A stretch of DNA of 17,012 nucleotides from an uncultured Actinomycetes bacterium (GTDB taxonomy: Bacteria; SZUA-79; Acidulodesulfobacterales; Acidulodesulfobacteraceae). The stretch's first letter is position 1. Each line of letters begins with the position of its first letter. Of this stretch, positions 9,104 through 17,012 are shown in pieces. The stretch lies in the NCBI GenBank assembly GCA_964631685.1, contig CAZVZU010000008.1, positions 74,576 through 91,587 of the forward strand. The letters run 5' to 3'. The position numbers and the translations under genes were made by a program. Under the pieces are notes generated by a model. It made no database searches. It saw only the letters and a program-made list of their open reading frames with translations, and was not told the DNA's origin.

Positions 9104-11082
9104 ATGGTTGTGATAATGTTGACGATTACAGTATCAAAAACATTATAAGCGAGAGTTGCGAGATAACGGTTAATCAAAAGATAAAAGATACTGAAGGGAC
9201 ATATATTTTAAGGCTTAAGAATCCATTTATAGCCTCTAATTTTAGCCCCGGTCAATTCATTATGCTTAAGGTAAATACAGGATGTTTTGAACCTTTATTG
9301 AGCAGACCATTTTCAATTTTTAATAAATTTAACAAAAATGAGTTTGAGGTATTATATAGAGTCTGCGGTAAGGCAACCGATATTTTGAGCAAGATTCCAA
9401 AAGGGAACTTTGTAAATATAGTCGGACCGTTGGGGAATGGATTTAAAATTGATACGGATATAAAAGAATATCATAGCGATAGCGATGGTGTTAAGGACGG
9501 TAAAAGGAATGTTGTCATTGTAGTTGCCGGGGGTATCGGTGTTGCTCCTGTCTATTCTATCCCTGATTTTATAAATAAAGGCAGCAATAATAGCGTAAAT
9601 GCCGATGGTCTTAATAGCGCTGACGATGTTTCTCGCTCAAACAGAAATAAAATAATTTTGTATTATGGTGCGAGAAAAGCAGAGGATCTTTATTTTAGGT
9701 ATAGCATTCATTCAAGGTTTGATGAGGTTTATTTTACGACCGACGACGGCTCTTTTGGATTTAAGGGTAGTATCATTCAATTGTTATCTAAAAATATAAA
9801 AGAGTATACAGATTGTGGTGATGATGTTTCATTTTATGCCTGCGGTCCAAGCTCTATGTTGAAAGTGCTAGCAGGTGAACTTAATAACGTTAATCTTTTA
9901 GATAATCTCCAGCTCTCATTGGAAGAAAATTTTGGTTGCGGTATAGGGGTGTGTCTCGGATGTGTAGCAAAATGTTTGACCCCGGGAGATTCTAATCAAG
10001 GGCTTAAGAAAGAGAATATCATTCATAAAAGGGTCTGCAAGGACGGTCCAGTATTTTTTGCCAATTATCTATACGATTATGTACGCGTAAAAACGGATGA
10101 TACTATTTGCAAAAACATAAAGAGTAATAATGGCAGTAAAAAAAAGGATATTGATCTTTCTGTAAAATTGGGGGGACTATTATTGGATTATCCCGTTATG
10201 CCTGCCTCGGGAACCTTTGGTTACGGTGAAGAATTTACTCACATAGTTGACTATACATATTTTGGGGCACTTGTGTCTAAGGGAATTTCATTGAGTCCAT
10301 CGCAAGGCAATGAAATGCAAAGAATTTCCGAAACATATTGTGGTTTAATTAATTCCATAGGGCTTCAAAATGTGGGTTTTGAAAGATTTAAAGATGAAAA
10401 ACTACCATTTTTAAGGAGCTTTCATAGGCCGGTAATTGTTAATTTTTTTGGGAAAAATCTGGATGAATATGCCAAGCTTGCTGAAAAGTTATCGCGGCTT
10501 AATGGGATTAGTGCTTTGGAGGCAAATATTTCGTGCCCGAATATCAAGGATGGAGGGCGATCTTTCGGTTCTGATCCCGACATTGTTCATGAGTTAATTT
10601 CATCGGTTAAACGGATTATAGGCGACAGATTACCTTTAATTGTGAAGCTTGCCCCGATGGTGACCGATATATCTTTAATTGCTAGGGTTTGTGAGTCTGC
10701 AGGGGCTGATATTATATCCATGATAAATACAATTCCTTCTACCGCTATAGACATAAACACCAAACGTTTTAAGCTAGATAGGGGTTTTGGCGGTCTATCC
10801 GGTCCTGCTGTGAAGCCTATTGCTCTAAAGCTAGTAAACGATGTTTATAAAAGTGTTAAAATACCGATTATAGGGATGGGCGGGATAAGCTCTTACGAAG
10901 ATGCGATTGAGTTTTTCTTAGCCGGGGCTACGGCAGTTGAGGTGGGAACTTATTCATTTGTAAACCCCAAAATAATTCCGCAAATAGTTGATGGTGTAAG
11001 GGATTATCTATTGAATAACGGATTTAACGGTATCTACGATATAATAGGATTGGCAGATAAAAATAGGGTTGGGTCAGCTTGA
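9100..11082 (+). CDS. pyrK-pyrD: Fused dihydroorotate dehydrogenase: electron-transfer subunit PyrK plus family 1B catalytic subunit PyrD
   Basis: N-half has PGQF, RPFS, GPLGNGF, AGGIGVAP, YACGP and the 2Fe-2S motif CGIGVCLGC...VCKDGPVF. C-half has ASGTFGYG, NSIGLQNVG, NISCPN, VKLAP, INT, GGLSG, GMGGI and VGT. The reading frame is continuous. Start is either TTG 9100 (TTGA overlap with the rimI stop) or ATG 9079. Confidence 0.93.
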   Translation: MNGCDNVDDYSIKNIISESCEITVNQKIKDTEGTYILRLKNPFIASNFSPGQFIMLKVNTGCFEPLLSRPFSIFNKFNKNEFEVLYRVCGKATDILSKIPKGNFVNIVGPLGNGFKIDTDIKEYHSDSDGVKDGKRNVVIVVAGGIGVAPVYSIPDFINKGSNNSVNADGLNSADDVSRSNRNKIILYYGARKAEDLYFRYSIHSRFDEVYFTTDDGSFGFKGSIIQLLSKNIKEYTDCGDDVSFYACGPSSMLKVLAGELNNVNLLDNLQLSLEENFGCGIGVCLGCVAKCLTPGDSNQGLKKENIIHKRVCKDGPVFFANYLYDYVRVKTDDTICKNIKSNNGSKKKDIDLSVKLGGLLLDYPVMPASGTFGYGEEFTHIVDYTYFGALVSKGISLSPSQGNEMQRISETYCGLINSIGLQNVGFERFKDEKLPFLRSFHRPVIVNFFGKNLDEYAKLAEKLSRLNGISALEANISCPNIKDGGRSFGSDPDIVHELISSVKRIIGDRLPLIVKLAPMVTDISLIARVCESAGADIISMINTIPSTAIDINTKRFKLDRGFGGLSGPAVKPIALKLVNDVYKSVKIPIIGMGGISSYEDAIEFFLAGATAVEVGTYSFVNPKIIPQIVDGVRDYLLNNGFNGIYDIIGLADKNRVGSA

Positions 11083-11185
11083 TTTTAAACAGAATCAAGA
11101 GTGGCATTCTCCTACTTAAAAGTGTCTAATCTTGTTAAAACAAAGGTAAATTGAGGCTACGTTACGAAGGTTGTCATAAAAATGA

Positions 11186-11214
11186 TTGACATCTTAGAGC
11201 AACTATGATACCTT
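11186..11214 (+). promoter_or_regulatory. sigma70-type promoter of the B12 locus
   Basis: TTGACA (11186-11191), 17-nt spacer, TACCTT (11209-11214) with an extended TG at 11206-11207. Confidence 0.7.
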
Positions 11215-11262
11215 AAATAAGAGTATGGTTTGACTTTTTACGTAGTATTCATCGTTCAAAGA

Positions 11263-11499
11263 TAATCTTTATCTTAAAAGCCAAGGGAAGCAGGTGAAGA
11301 TCCTGCGCTGTACCCGCAGCCGTAATAACTGATAACGGTGATTAGTAATGACCGTTATTAAGAACGTTTCACTAAGCCACTGACACAATGTCGGGAAGGC
11401 GAAATGTTCGCATGTTTAAGCCGGAAAACCTGCCTTTAAGATATTAACCTAATTTTAATTAGCGGGAGGTCTAATTATGTTTTCACGCCTTTTTAGTTC
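11263..11499 (+). repeat. 237-bp exact direct repeat, copy 1 (riboswitch + RBS + first codons)
   Basis: Identical base for base to 12142-12378 (offset 879). Both downstream ORFs begin MFSRLFSS. Confidence 0.97.
11270..11470 (+). ncRNA. Cobalamin riboswitch (class I type), copy 1
   Basis: Core AAGGGAAgcaGGTGaagATCCtgcGCTGtaCCCGCAGCcGTAA, then GCCACTG...GGGAAGGC, and B12 box AAGCCGGAAAACCTGCC. P1 is tatcttaaa/tttaagata. L5 CCCG (11313-11316) is complementary to CGGG overlapping the GGAGG RBS. Confidence 0.95.
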
Positions 11500-12118
11500 T
11501 AACGAAGAGAAGAATCTATCCGTTCACAATGCATGGTTCAAAGAGGTGCAGTCGCAAGAATGCTCTGACCAACCTTCTGGTTCCTTAGTGCTCAAATTTG
11601 GTTTAACTCAGGTTTATACCGGAAACGGCAAGGGTAAAACTACGGCGGCATTAGGGCAGGCACTTAGGGCAAGCGGTCATAATGCAAAATCAGTCATAAT
11701 ACAGTTCCTTAAAGGGGGCTCGTATACGGGGGAATATAGGGCGATAAATGATAGTTTTCCTTTAATTAAAATTATTCAGACGGGAAGACCCTTTTTTATA
11801 AACAAAAAAAAGATTTCTCAAAAAGATATAGATTTGAATAGAAAGGGTTTTATTACTGCCTTAGATATTGCAATTGGTGATAATAGTGTCAGCCTTCTTA
11901 TCTTAGACGAGATAAATGTGGCTGTCGGGTTGGGAATTATAAATGCAGAAGAGGTACTGGATTTAATTAAAAACAAGAGAAAAAATTTAGAATTGATACT
12001 GACAGGAAGGAATGCGACTAAAGAAATAATTGCAGCAGCCGACTTAGTAACAGAAATGAAGGAAGTAAAGCACTATTATTCTAAAAATATTCCCTCGAGA
12101 ATGGGAATAGAAATGTAA
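11477..12118 (+). CDS. cobO: Cob(I)yrinic acid a,c-diamide / cob(I)alamin adenosyltransferase (CobO/BtuR/CobA type)
   Basis: Motifs QVYTGNGKGKTTAALG, IQFLKG, LILDEIN, LILTGR and ADLVTEMKEVKHYY. Lies downstream of a B12 riboswitch. Confidence 0.95.
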   Translation: MFSRLFSSNEEKNLSVHNAWFKEVQSQECSDQPSGSLVLKFGLTQVYTGNGKGKTTAALGQALRASGHNAKSVIIQFLKGGSYTGEYRAINDSFPLIKIIQTGRPFFINKKKISQKDIDLNRKGFITALDIAIGDNSVSLLILDEINVAVGLGIINAEEVLDLIKNKRKNLELILTGRNATKEIIAAADLVTEMKEVKHYYSKNIPSRMGIEM

Positions 12119-12141
12119 CAAAATTAAAATAATCTATTAAC

Positions 12142-12378
12142 TAATCTTTATCTTAAAAGCCAAGGGAAGCAGGTGAAGATCCTGCGCTGTACCCGCAGCC
12201 GTAATAACTGATAACGGTGATTAGTAATGACCGTTATTAAGAACGTTTCACTAAGCCACTGACACAATGTCGGGAAGGCGAAATGTTCGCATGTTTAAGC
12301 CGGAAAACCTGCCTTTAAGATATTAACCTAATTTTAATTAGCGGGAGGTCTAATTATGTTTTCACGCCTTTTTAGTTC
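12142..12378 (+). repeat. 237-bp exact direct repeat, copy 2
   Basis: Identical to 11263-11499. Confidence 0.97.
12149..12349 (+). ncRNA. Cobalamin riboswitch, copy 2
   Basis: Same motifs as copy 1; GGAGG RBS at 12344-12348 before ATG 12356. Confidence 0.95.
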
Positions 12379-14404
12379 GTTTGATTTTAAACAAAAACTT
12401 ATTTTCATTTGTAGCCCTTTTAGTAAAATTGCGATTTATTCCCTAAGAGTTGCAGTGGTAATAACATTTGCGTTATGTTTTGCTGTCGGATATAGTCCTG
12501 CCGTTTTTGCAAATAACAACATAGTGGTTACCGCATCAAGAATTAAATCTACAATAATGTCTTCGCCGTCTTACATACAAGTAATTACTCAAAAAGATAT
12601 AAAAAATCAAGGGGCATTGTTTACGCAAAATTTACTGAATAATCTATCTGGCGTGTCTGTAGTCTCAAACGGTCCGTTTGGTGGGTTGACATCGTTTTAT
12701 ATGCTCGGTCTTCCAAGTTATTATACTAAGTACCTAATGGATGGAATAAATATTGGCAACCCGTCTTTCACTCAAATTTTTTATAACTTTGCTTATCTGA
12801 CCCCGAGTAGTATTCATAGGATTGAGGTGGTACAGGGCACTCAAAGCGGGCTTTACGGGGCGGATGCAATAGCCGGTGTGGTTAATATTATCACGAAAAA
12901 GGGTGAAGGCAAGCCTCATTTTGAGTATATCCAGACTTATGGGTCTTTTGGTACATTGCAAGAAAATTTAACTTATTCAGGAAAAGTAAATAATCTTTCT
13001 TTTTACTTAAACGGCTCGCGTTTTGATACAGGTGGCACATCAAAAACAAATTCCTATGAATCTCAAACGAAAACCTATTCACAAGGTACTACGGCAGATG
13101 CATTTCATGAAACGGCGTTCAATGCGCGTTTAGAGTACGATCGCCCAAGCGTGAAAGTAGGCGCTATCTTTAATTTTAAAAAAATACAAGATTATATAGA
13201 TCAATATGATCCTGACTTATCTGTGCCTAATGATCTTTCATGGATTAATACGACTTATCCGGGTAAAAATTATAGAAAAGATCAAGGCTCTTACATTGCA
13301 AAGATATATTGCAAAAGAAATTTCGGAAATATTCATTTGAATTTAAATATCTATGACGTAACAAGTTTGCGGAGTTATATAGACAATTACAGTTATCCTT
13401 ACCCCGCTATAACGCCTCCGGCTTCCGCTAGTCTTTTTTATAACGATAAATTTAAAGGGTACAGGTACGGCGGCAACATAACGACAGACTACAAGTTTAA
13501 TAAAAATTTAAAAATAGTTACTGGTATGAATTATACCGTTGATAAAATGAGTCAAAATTACCCCTCGTCTTTTAGTGTTTCCCGTGATAATACAGGTGGT
13601 TTTTTGGAGATTTTACCGAGGATCGGAAACATAAACATGCAGGCTTCTTTTAGAGAGGATCACTTTCAGACATTTGGCAATCATTTTACATACAAGCTGG
13701 GTGCAAGCTATTTTTTTGTTCCTACGGATACTGTTTTAAAGGTTAATTACGGAACCGGCTTTTTAGCGCCAAGTTTGTTTGAATTATATGCATCACCCGT
13801 GTCCTCATGGTATTTTCTGGGTGGTAACATTAATTTATCCCCCGAACGGTCAAAGAATTGGAGCTTAGGGTTTATTCAAAATTTTTCAAATAATACATTG
13901 ACCCTTGGATCTAGTTTATTTAAAACCATAATTAGCGACAGGATAGTATATTACATGAATCCTCTGACTTACAAGTCCACATATGAAAATGTGAGCGGTA
14001 ATACCGTGGTTGCCGGTATTGAGGCGAATGCAGTTTTTAAGCCTATTAAACCGTTAAAGATTAGGCTAAATTACACTTACATACATAGTAGAAATCCTGA
14101 GACCGGCATGCAAAATGCACGTGTCCCTTATAGTATCCTAACCGGCTCTGTTAATTATTCACCTATAATGCGGTTAAATCTATATCTTGGCGGCAGATAT
14201 GTTGGCACAAGGTATAATAGCAATGCCCATACGCATCAGACCGGGAGATATGCGGTTTTCAATACAAATGTGACATACAAATTTACAAACGATATAGAGG
14301 TTTCTTTAGTCATGCATAATATCTTAAATAGATTTTATCAGGATATATACGGCTATACTACCCCGGAGAGATCCGTCTATGCAACGTTTAAATATAAATT
14401 CTAA
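12356..14404 (+). CDS. btuB: TonB-dependent receptor, probable cobalamin transporter (BtuB-like)
   Basis: Signal peptide ending AVFA, TonB box NIVVTASR, plug motif IHRIEVVQGTQSGLYGADAIAGVVNIITKK and beta-barrel C-terminus YATFKYKF. Substrate inferred from the riboswitch. Confidence 0.85.
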   Translation: MFSRLFSSFDFKQKLIFICSPFSKIAIYSLRVAVVITFALCFAVGYSPAVFANNNIVVTASRIKSTIMSSPSYIQVITQKDIKNQGALFTQNLLNNLSGVSVVSNGPFGGLTSFYMLGLPSYYTKYLMDGINIGNPSFTQIFYNFAYLTPSSIHRIEVVQGTQSGLYGADAIAGVVNIITKKGEGKPHFEYIQTYGSFGTLQENLTYSGKVNNLSFYLNGSRFDTGGTSKTNSYESQTKTYSQGTTADAFHETAFNARLEYDRPSVKVGAIFNFKKIQDYIDQYDPDLSVPNDLSWINTTYPGKNYRKDQGSYIAKIYCKRNFGNIHLNLNIYDVTSLRSYIDNYSYPYPAITPPASASLFYNDKFKGYRYGGNITTDYKFNKNLKIVTGMNYTVDKMSQNYPSSFSVSRDNTGGFLEILPRIGNINMQASFREDHFQTFGNHFTYKLGASYFFVPTDTVLKVNYGTGFLAPSLFELYASPVSSWYFLGGNINLSPERSKNWSLGFIQNFSNNTLTLGSSLFKTIISDRIVYYMNPLTYKSTYENVSGNTVVAGIEANAVFKPIKPLKIRLNYTYIHSRNPETGMQNARVPYSILTGSVNYSPIMRLNLYLGGRYVGTRYNSNAHTHQTGRYAVFNTNVTYKFTNDIEVSLVMHNILNRFYQDIYGYTTPERSVYATFKYKF

Positions 14405-15086
14405 GGATATCATTGCAAAAACTATTGCTGTTGTTTTATCTATCGGCATAAATTTTGGTATATGTTGGGGCTTGGTTCGGTTTTCGAATGTTTTTTCGGA
14501 AAATAGACAAGAACAAATAGCTGTTTATATGGCAAATATTCCCCTAAGTTCAACTTTAGGTTCTCATCATAGTCATATAAATAATAAGAATCAAGAGAGC
14601 ATAAAGAAAAGAATTTTAGGGGGTAATGCCGCAACTAAGCATAAATTACTACGACTGCTTGCAAAAGTGGCGATGCAAGATAAAAAGTTAGCAGATTCTC
14701 ATATAAAAAGTAATTTTTTTCACGTCATAGAACCGGTAAATAAAATAAAGCTAATACAAAAAGGCATTAACAACGGTAAAATCAGTCATATTAAAATAAA
14801 ATTCAAGGAGCAAGACAGCTTAAAAAATTGGATAAAAAAACATAAATTTTATCCCAGAGAGGCTATATTTGAACAGGAAGAGGGCGTAGTCAAAATTGCA
14901 TTTTCGGTTGATAAAAGTCGTAATATAAAAAATATTCACATAATTAAAAAGTCTTCTTATGGAGCATTGAATGAAGCAGCCTTAAAAATTTTGACGGACT
15001 CAGCTCCAATACCGGTGGCAATATTGTCAGGCTTAAGCTTGCCGATTCATACACACATTAATATTATTTTTATGCTAAATCAATGA
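14379..15086 (+). CDS. tonB: Energy transducer TonB family protein
   Basis: N-terminal TM helix and a TonB C-terminal domain (YPREA...EGVVKIAFSVD...KSSYGALNEAAL). GGAG at 14365-14368; overlaps the end of the receptor gene. Confidence 0.85.
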   Translation: MQRLNINSKDIIAKTIAVVLSIGINFGICWGLVRFSNVFSENRQEQIAVYMANIPLSSTLGSHHSHINNKNQESIKKRILGGNAATKHKLLRLLAKVAMQDKKLADSHIKSNFFHVIEPVNKIKLIQKGINNGKISHIKIKFKEQDSLKNWIKKHKFYPREAIFEQEEGVVKIAFSVDKSRNIKNIHIIKKSSYGALNEAALKILTDSAPIPVAILSGLSLPIHTHINIIFMLNQ

Positions 15087-15129
15087 ACATGTATATATAT
15101 TTAAACGATTGCTTATTATACGTACCATT

Positions 15130-16737
15130 ATGGACTTGAGAAACAAAATTAAAATTCGTTATACCTGGTTTTTTATAATTTTAAGTCTATTCGCCGGCAT
15201 TGCTGTTTTAGCCTTGAGCGATGCTCTTTTTCAAAAGCACAGCTCTACGCCGGTAAAAAATACTCTGATAATCGGATTCTCTGCCGATGCAGTTAATCTT
15301 TTAGGCAATATGGCTGTGGACGCTTCTAGTGCTGAAATAACGTCTCAAATTTATGACGGACTTGTCCGCTATAATAGAAATTTTAAAATAGTTCCTGATT
15401 TGGCAAAATCGTGGAAGATCAGTAATGGCGGAAAAACGATAACCTTTTATCTTCGACGCAATGTATATTGGCAAAATGGACAAAAGTTTACCGCAAAAGA
15501 TGTTCTTTTCACATACCGTTTGATGGTCAATCCAAAAACACCTACGCCTTACGCCGCTAAATATCTTAGAGTCCATAAAGCAGAAATTATAGGAAAATAT
15601 ATCTTTAGGGTCACATACAGAAAGCCTTATGCCCCAGCCTTATCTTCGTGGGCATTAAGGATATTGCCGGAAAAACTGCTTAAGGGTAAAAATCTGATGA
15701 CGACTAAACTTAGAAGCCATCCCGTAGGCACTGGTCCTTACGAATTTTATAGATGGATTCGCGGATATAAGATAGTTTTAAAGGCAAATCCTAATTATTT
15801 TATGGGCGCGCCTCACATAAAATGGTTAGTTTTTAAAATAGTTCCCGATTCTTCTTCAATGTTTTTAATGCTTAAATTAAACGAAATTGACTACATGGAT
15901 TTAAATCCAGTTCAATTTAAATATGAATCCGGCATTAAAAAATTTAGATTGCGTTACAAAAAATACAGTTATCTATCACCAAGCTACATGTTTTTAGGGT
16001 ATAATCTTTTAAATCCTTTGTTTAAAAGCGTAAGGGTGAGGCAAGCTCTAAGTTACGCAATAAATAAAAAAGAGATAATAAAAGGAGCATTGTTAGGATT
16101 AGGAGTTCCCTGCTATGGACCATTTATGCCCGGAACATATTTCTATAACAAAAATATTAAGATCTATAATTATAACCCCAAAAAAGCTCTTGACATCCTA
16201 AATAAACAAGGATGGTTGTTAGGTAAAAATGGAATTTTAGAGAAGAATGGCACTGCATTCAAATTTACTATCTTAACCTCCCAGGGAAATTTAGGGAGAG
16301 TGTCGGCGGCGGAAATTATTCGGCAAAATCTTAAAAAAATTGGAATCAAGGTCACTTTGAGAGTTATGGAGTCAACTGTTTTAATCTCTAAAATAATGAA
16401 GAAGAGATTTCAAAGCGTTTTATTTTGGTTTATTGTAACATCTGATCCTTATAATACAGCATATATATTTATGGGTTCCAATATTGCACCTAAGGGCTTA
16501 AACATTACATCATTTAATGATCCCGTGATAAATGAACTATATAGAAAGGCTCGTTCCACTTTTGATTTAAAAAAACAAAAGAAGTATTACTTCGAAATCC
16601 AGAGACTTCTCGCGGAAGATGCTCCGTACACTTTTTTATATATGCCTTATTCAATGTCTGTGGTAAGAAGGGGCATTAAAGGGATAGAGCCCGCTCCCGC
16701 GGGCATAGCTTACGACATAAGGAAATGGCACTATTAA
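15130..16737 (+). CDS. ABC transporter substrate-binding protein, family 5 (AppA/OppA/NikA-like)
   Basis: Motifs IYDGLV, PDLAKSW, FYLRRNVYWQNGQKFTAKDVLFT, HPVGTGPY, VRVRQALSYAINK and AEDAPYTFLY. N-terminal TM/signal segment with no lipobox Cys. Start is ATG 15130 or TTG 15109. Confidence 0.92.
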   Translation: MDLRNKIKIRYTWFFIILSLFAGIAVLALSDALFQKHSSTPVKNTLIIGFSADAVNLLGNMAVDASSAEITSQIYDGLVRYNRNFKIVPDLAKSWKISNGGKTITFYLRRNVYWQNGQKFTAKDVLFTYRLMVNPKTPTPYAAKYLRVHKAEIIGKYIFRVTYRKPYAPALSSWALRILPEKLLKGKNLMTTKLRSHPVGTGPYEFYRWIRGYKIVLKANPNYFMGAPHIKWLVFKIVPDSSSMFLMLKLNEIDYMDLNPVQFKYESGIKKFRLRYKKYSYLSPSYMFLGYNLLNPLFKSVRVRQALSYAINKKEIIKGALLGLGVPCYGPFMPGTYFYNKNIKIYNYNPKKALDILNKQGWLLGKNGILEKNGTAFKFTILTSQGNLGRVSAAEIIRQNLKKIGIKVTLRVMESTVLISKIMKKRFQSVLFWFIVTSDPYNTAYIFMGSNIAPKGLNITSFNDPVINELYRKARSTFDLKKQKKYYFEIQRLLAEDAPYTFLYMPYSMSVVRRGIKGIEPAPAGIAYDIRKWHY

Positions 16738-16815
16738 GCTTACATAAAGCCTGCGTTTGTTAATAGGATTTTAATTTACTATCCGCTATATACCTTAGAA
16801 AATATATCTTTTCAT

Positions 16816-16856
16816 AAAAAAAAAGTATTGACAAGAAGAATAACTTACATTACTAT
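16816..16856 (+). promoter_or_regulatory. Near-consensus sigma70 promoter with UP-like A-tract
   Basis: A9 tract at 16816-16824, TTGACA at 16828-16833, 17-nt spacer, TACTAT at 16851-16856. Confidence 0.85.
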
Positions 16857-16880
16857 TTACTAAATCTTAAGGGAGTAATG

Positions 16881-17012
<132 letters not shown>

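Noticed and set aside
11097..11115. aagagtggcattctcc, resembling the 5' hairpin of a fluoride riboswitch
   Set aside because: Lacks the GAUG core, the AACCGC segment and the GCURAUG 3' motif, and no crcB-type gene follows.
11101..11180. CTACGTT (11157-11163) and nearby sequence reminiscent of IS200/IS605 or IscB omega-RNA ends
   Set aside because: Only a 7-nt match; there is no subterminal hairpin, no continuing RNA motif and no tnpA/tnpB/iscB remnant.
11263..12378. Direct repeats interpreted as IS ends, att sites or a CRISPR array
   Set aside because: The repeat is fully accounted for by riboswitch and start-codon sequence. There is no transposase, integrase, terminal inverted repeat or spacer array.
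726..16355. All short minus-strand ORFs in the track (60-91 aa)
   Set aside because: Each lies antisense to a well-supported + strand gene and shows no recognisable domain; they are shadow ORFs.

Overview
AT-rich bacterial chromosomal segment with every credible gene on the + strand. Gene content and low GC suggest a Gram-negative, deltaproteobacteria-like lineage; this is inference, not a database result. In order: the end of a gene with an Ala/Thr/Lys repeat tail and a terminator; an envC-like coiled-coil gene / ctpA / divergent polysaccharide deacetylase / pyrF / rlmB cluster; a cold-shock gene with its own sigma70 promoter and structured UTRs; typA, a carbon-nitrogen hydrolase, rimI and a single-ORF PyrK-PyrD fusion; then a vitamin B12 locus. 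In that locus an exact 237-bp duplication (11263-11499 = 12142-12378) puts the same cobalamin riboswitch, RBS and first 7-8 codons in front of both cobO/btuR and a btuB-like TonB-dependent receptor. These are followed by tonB and a lone family-5 ABC substrate-binding protein where BtuF would be expected. The window ends in a near-consensus promoter and a new ORF that runs into a poly-C tract. No CRISPR array, tRNA, rRNA or intact mobile element was seen.
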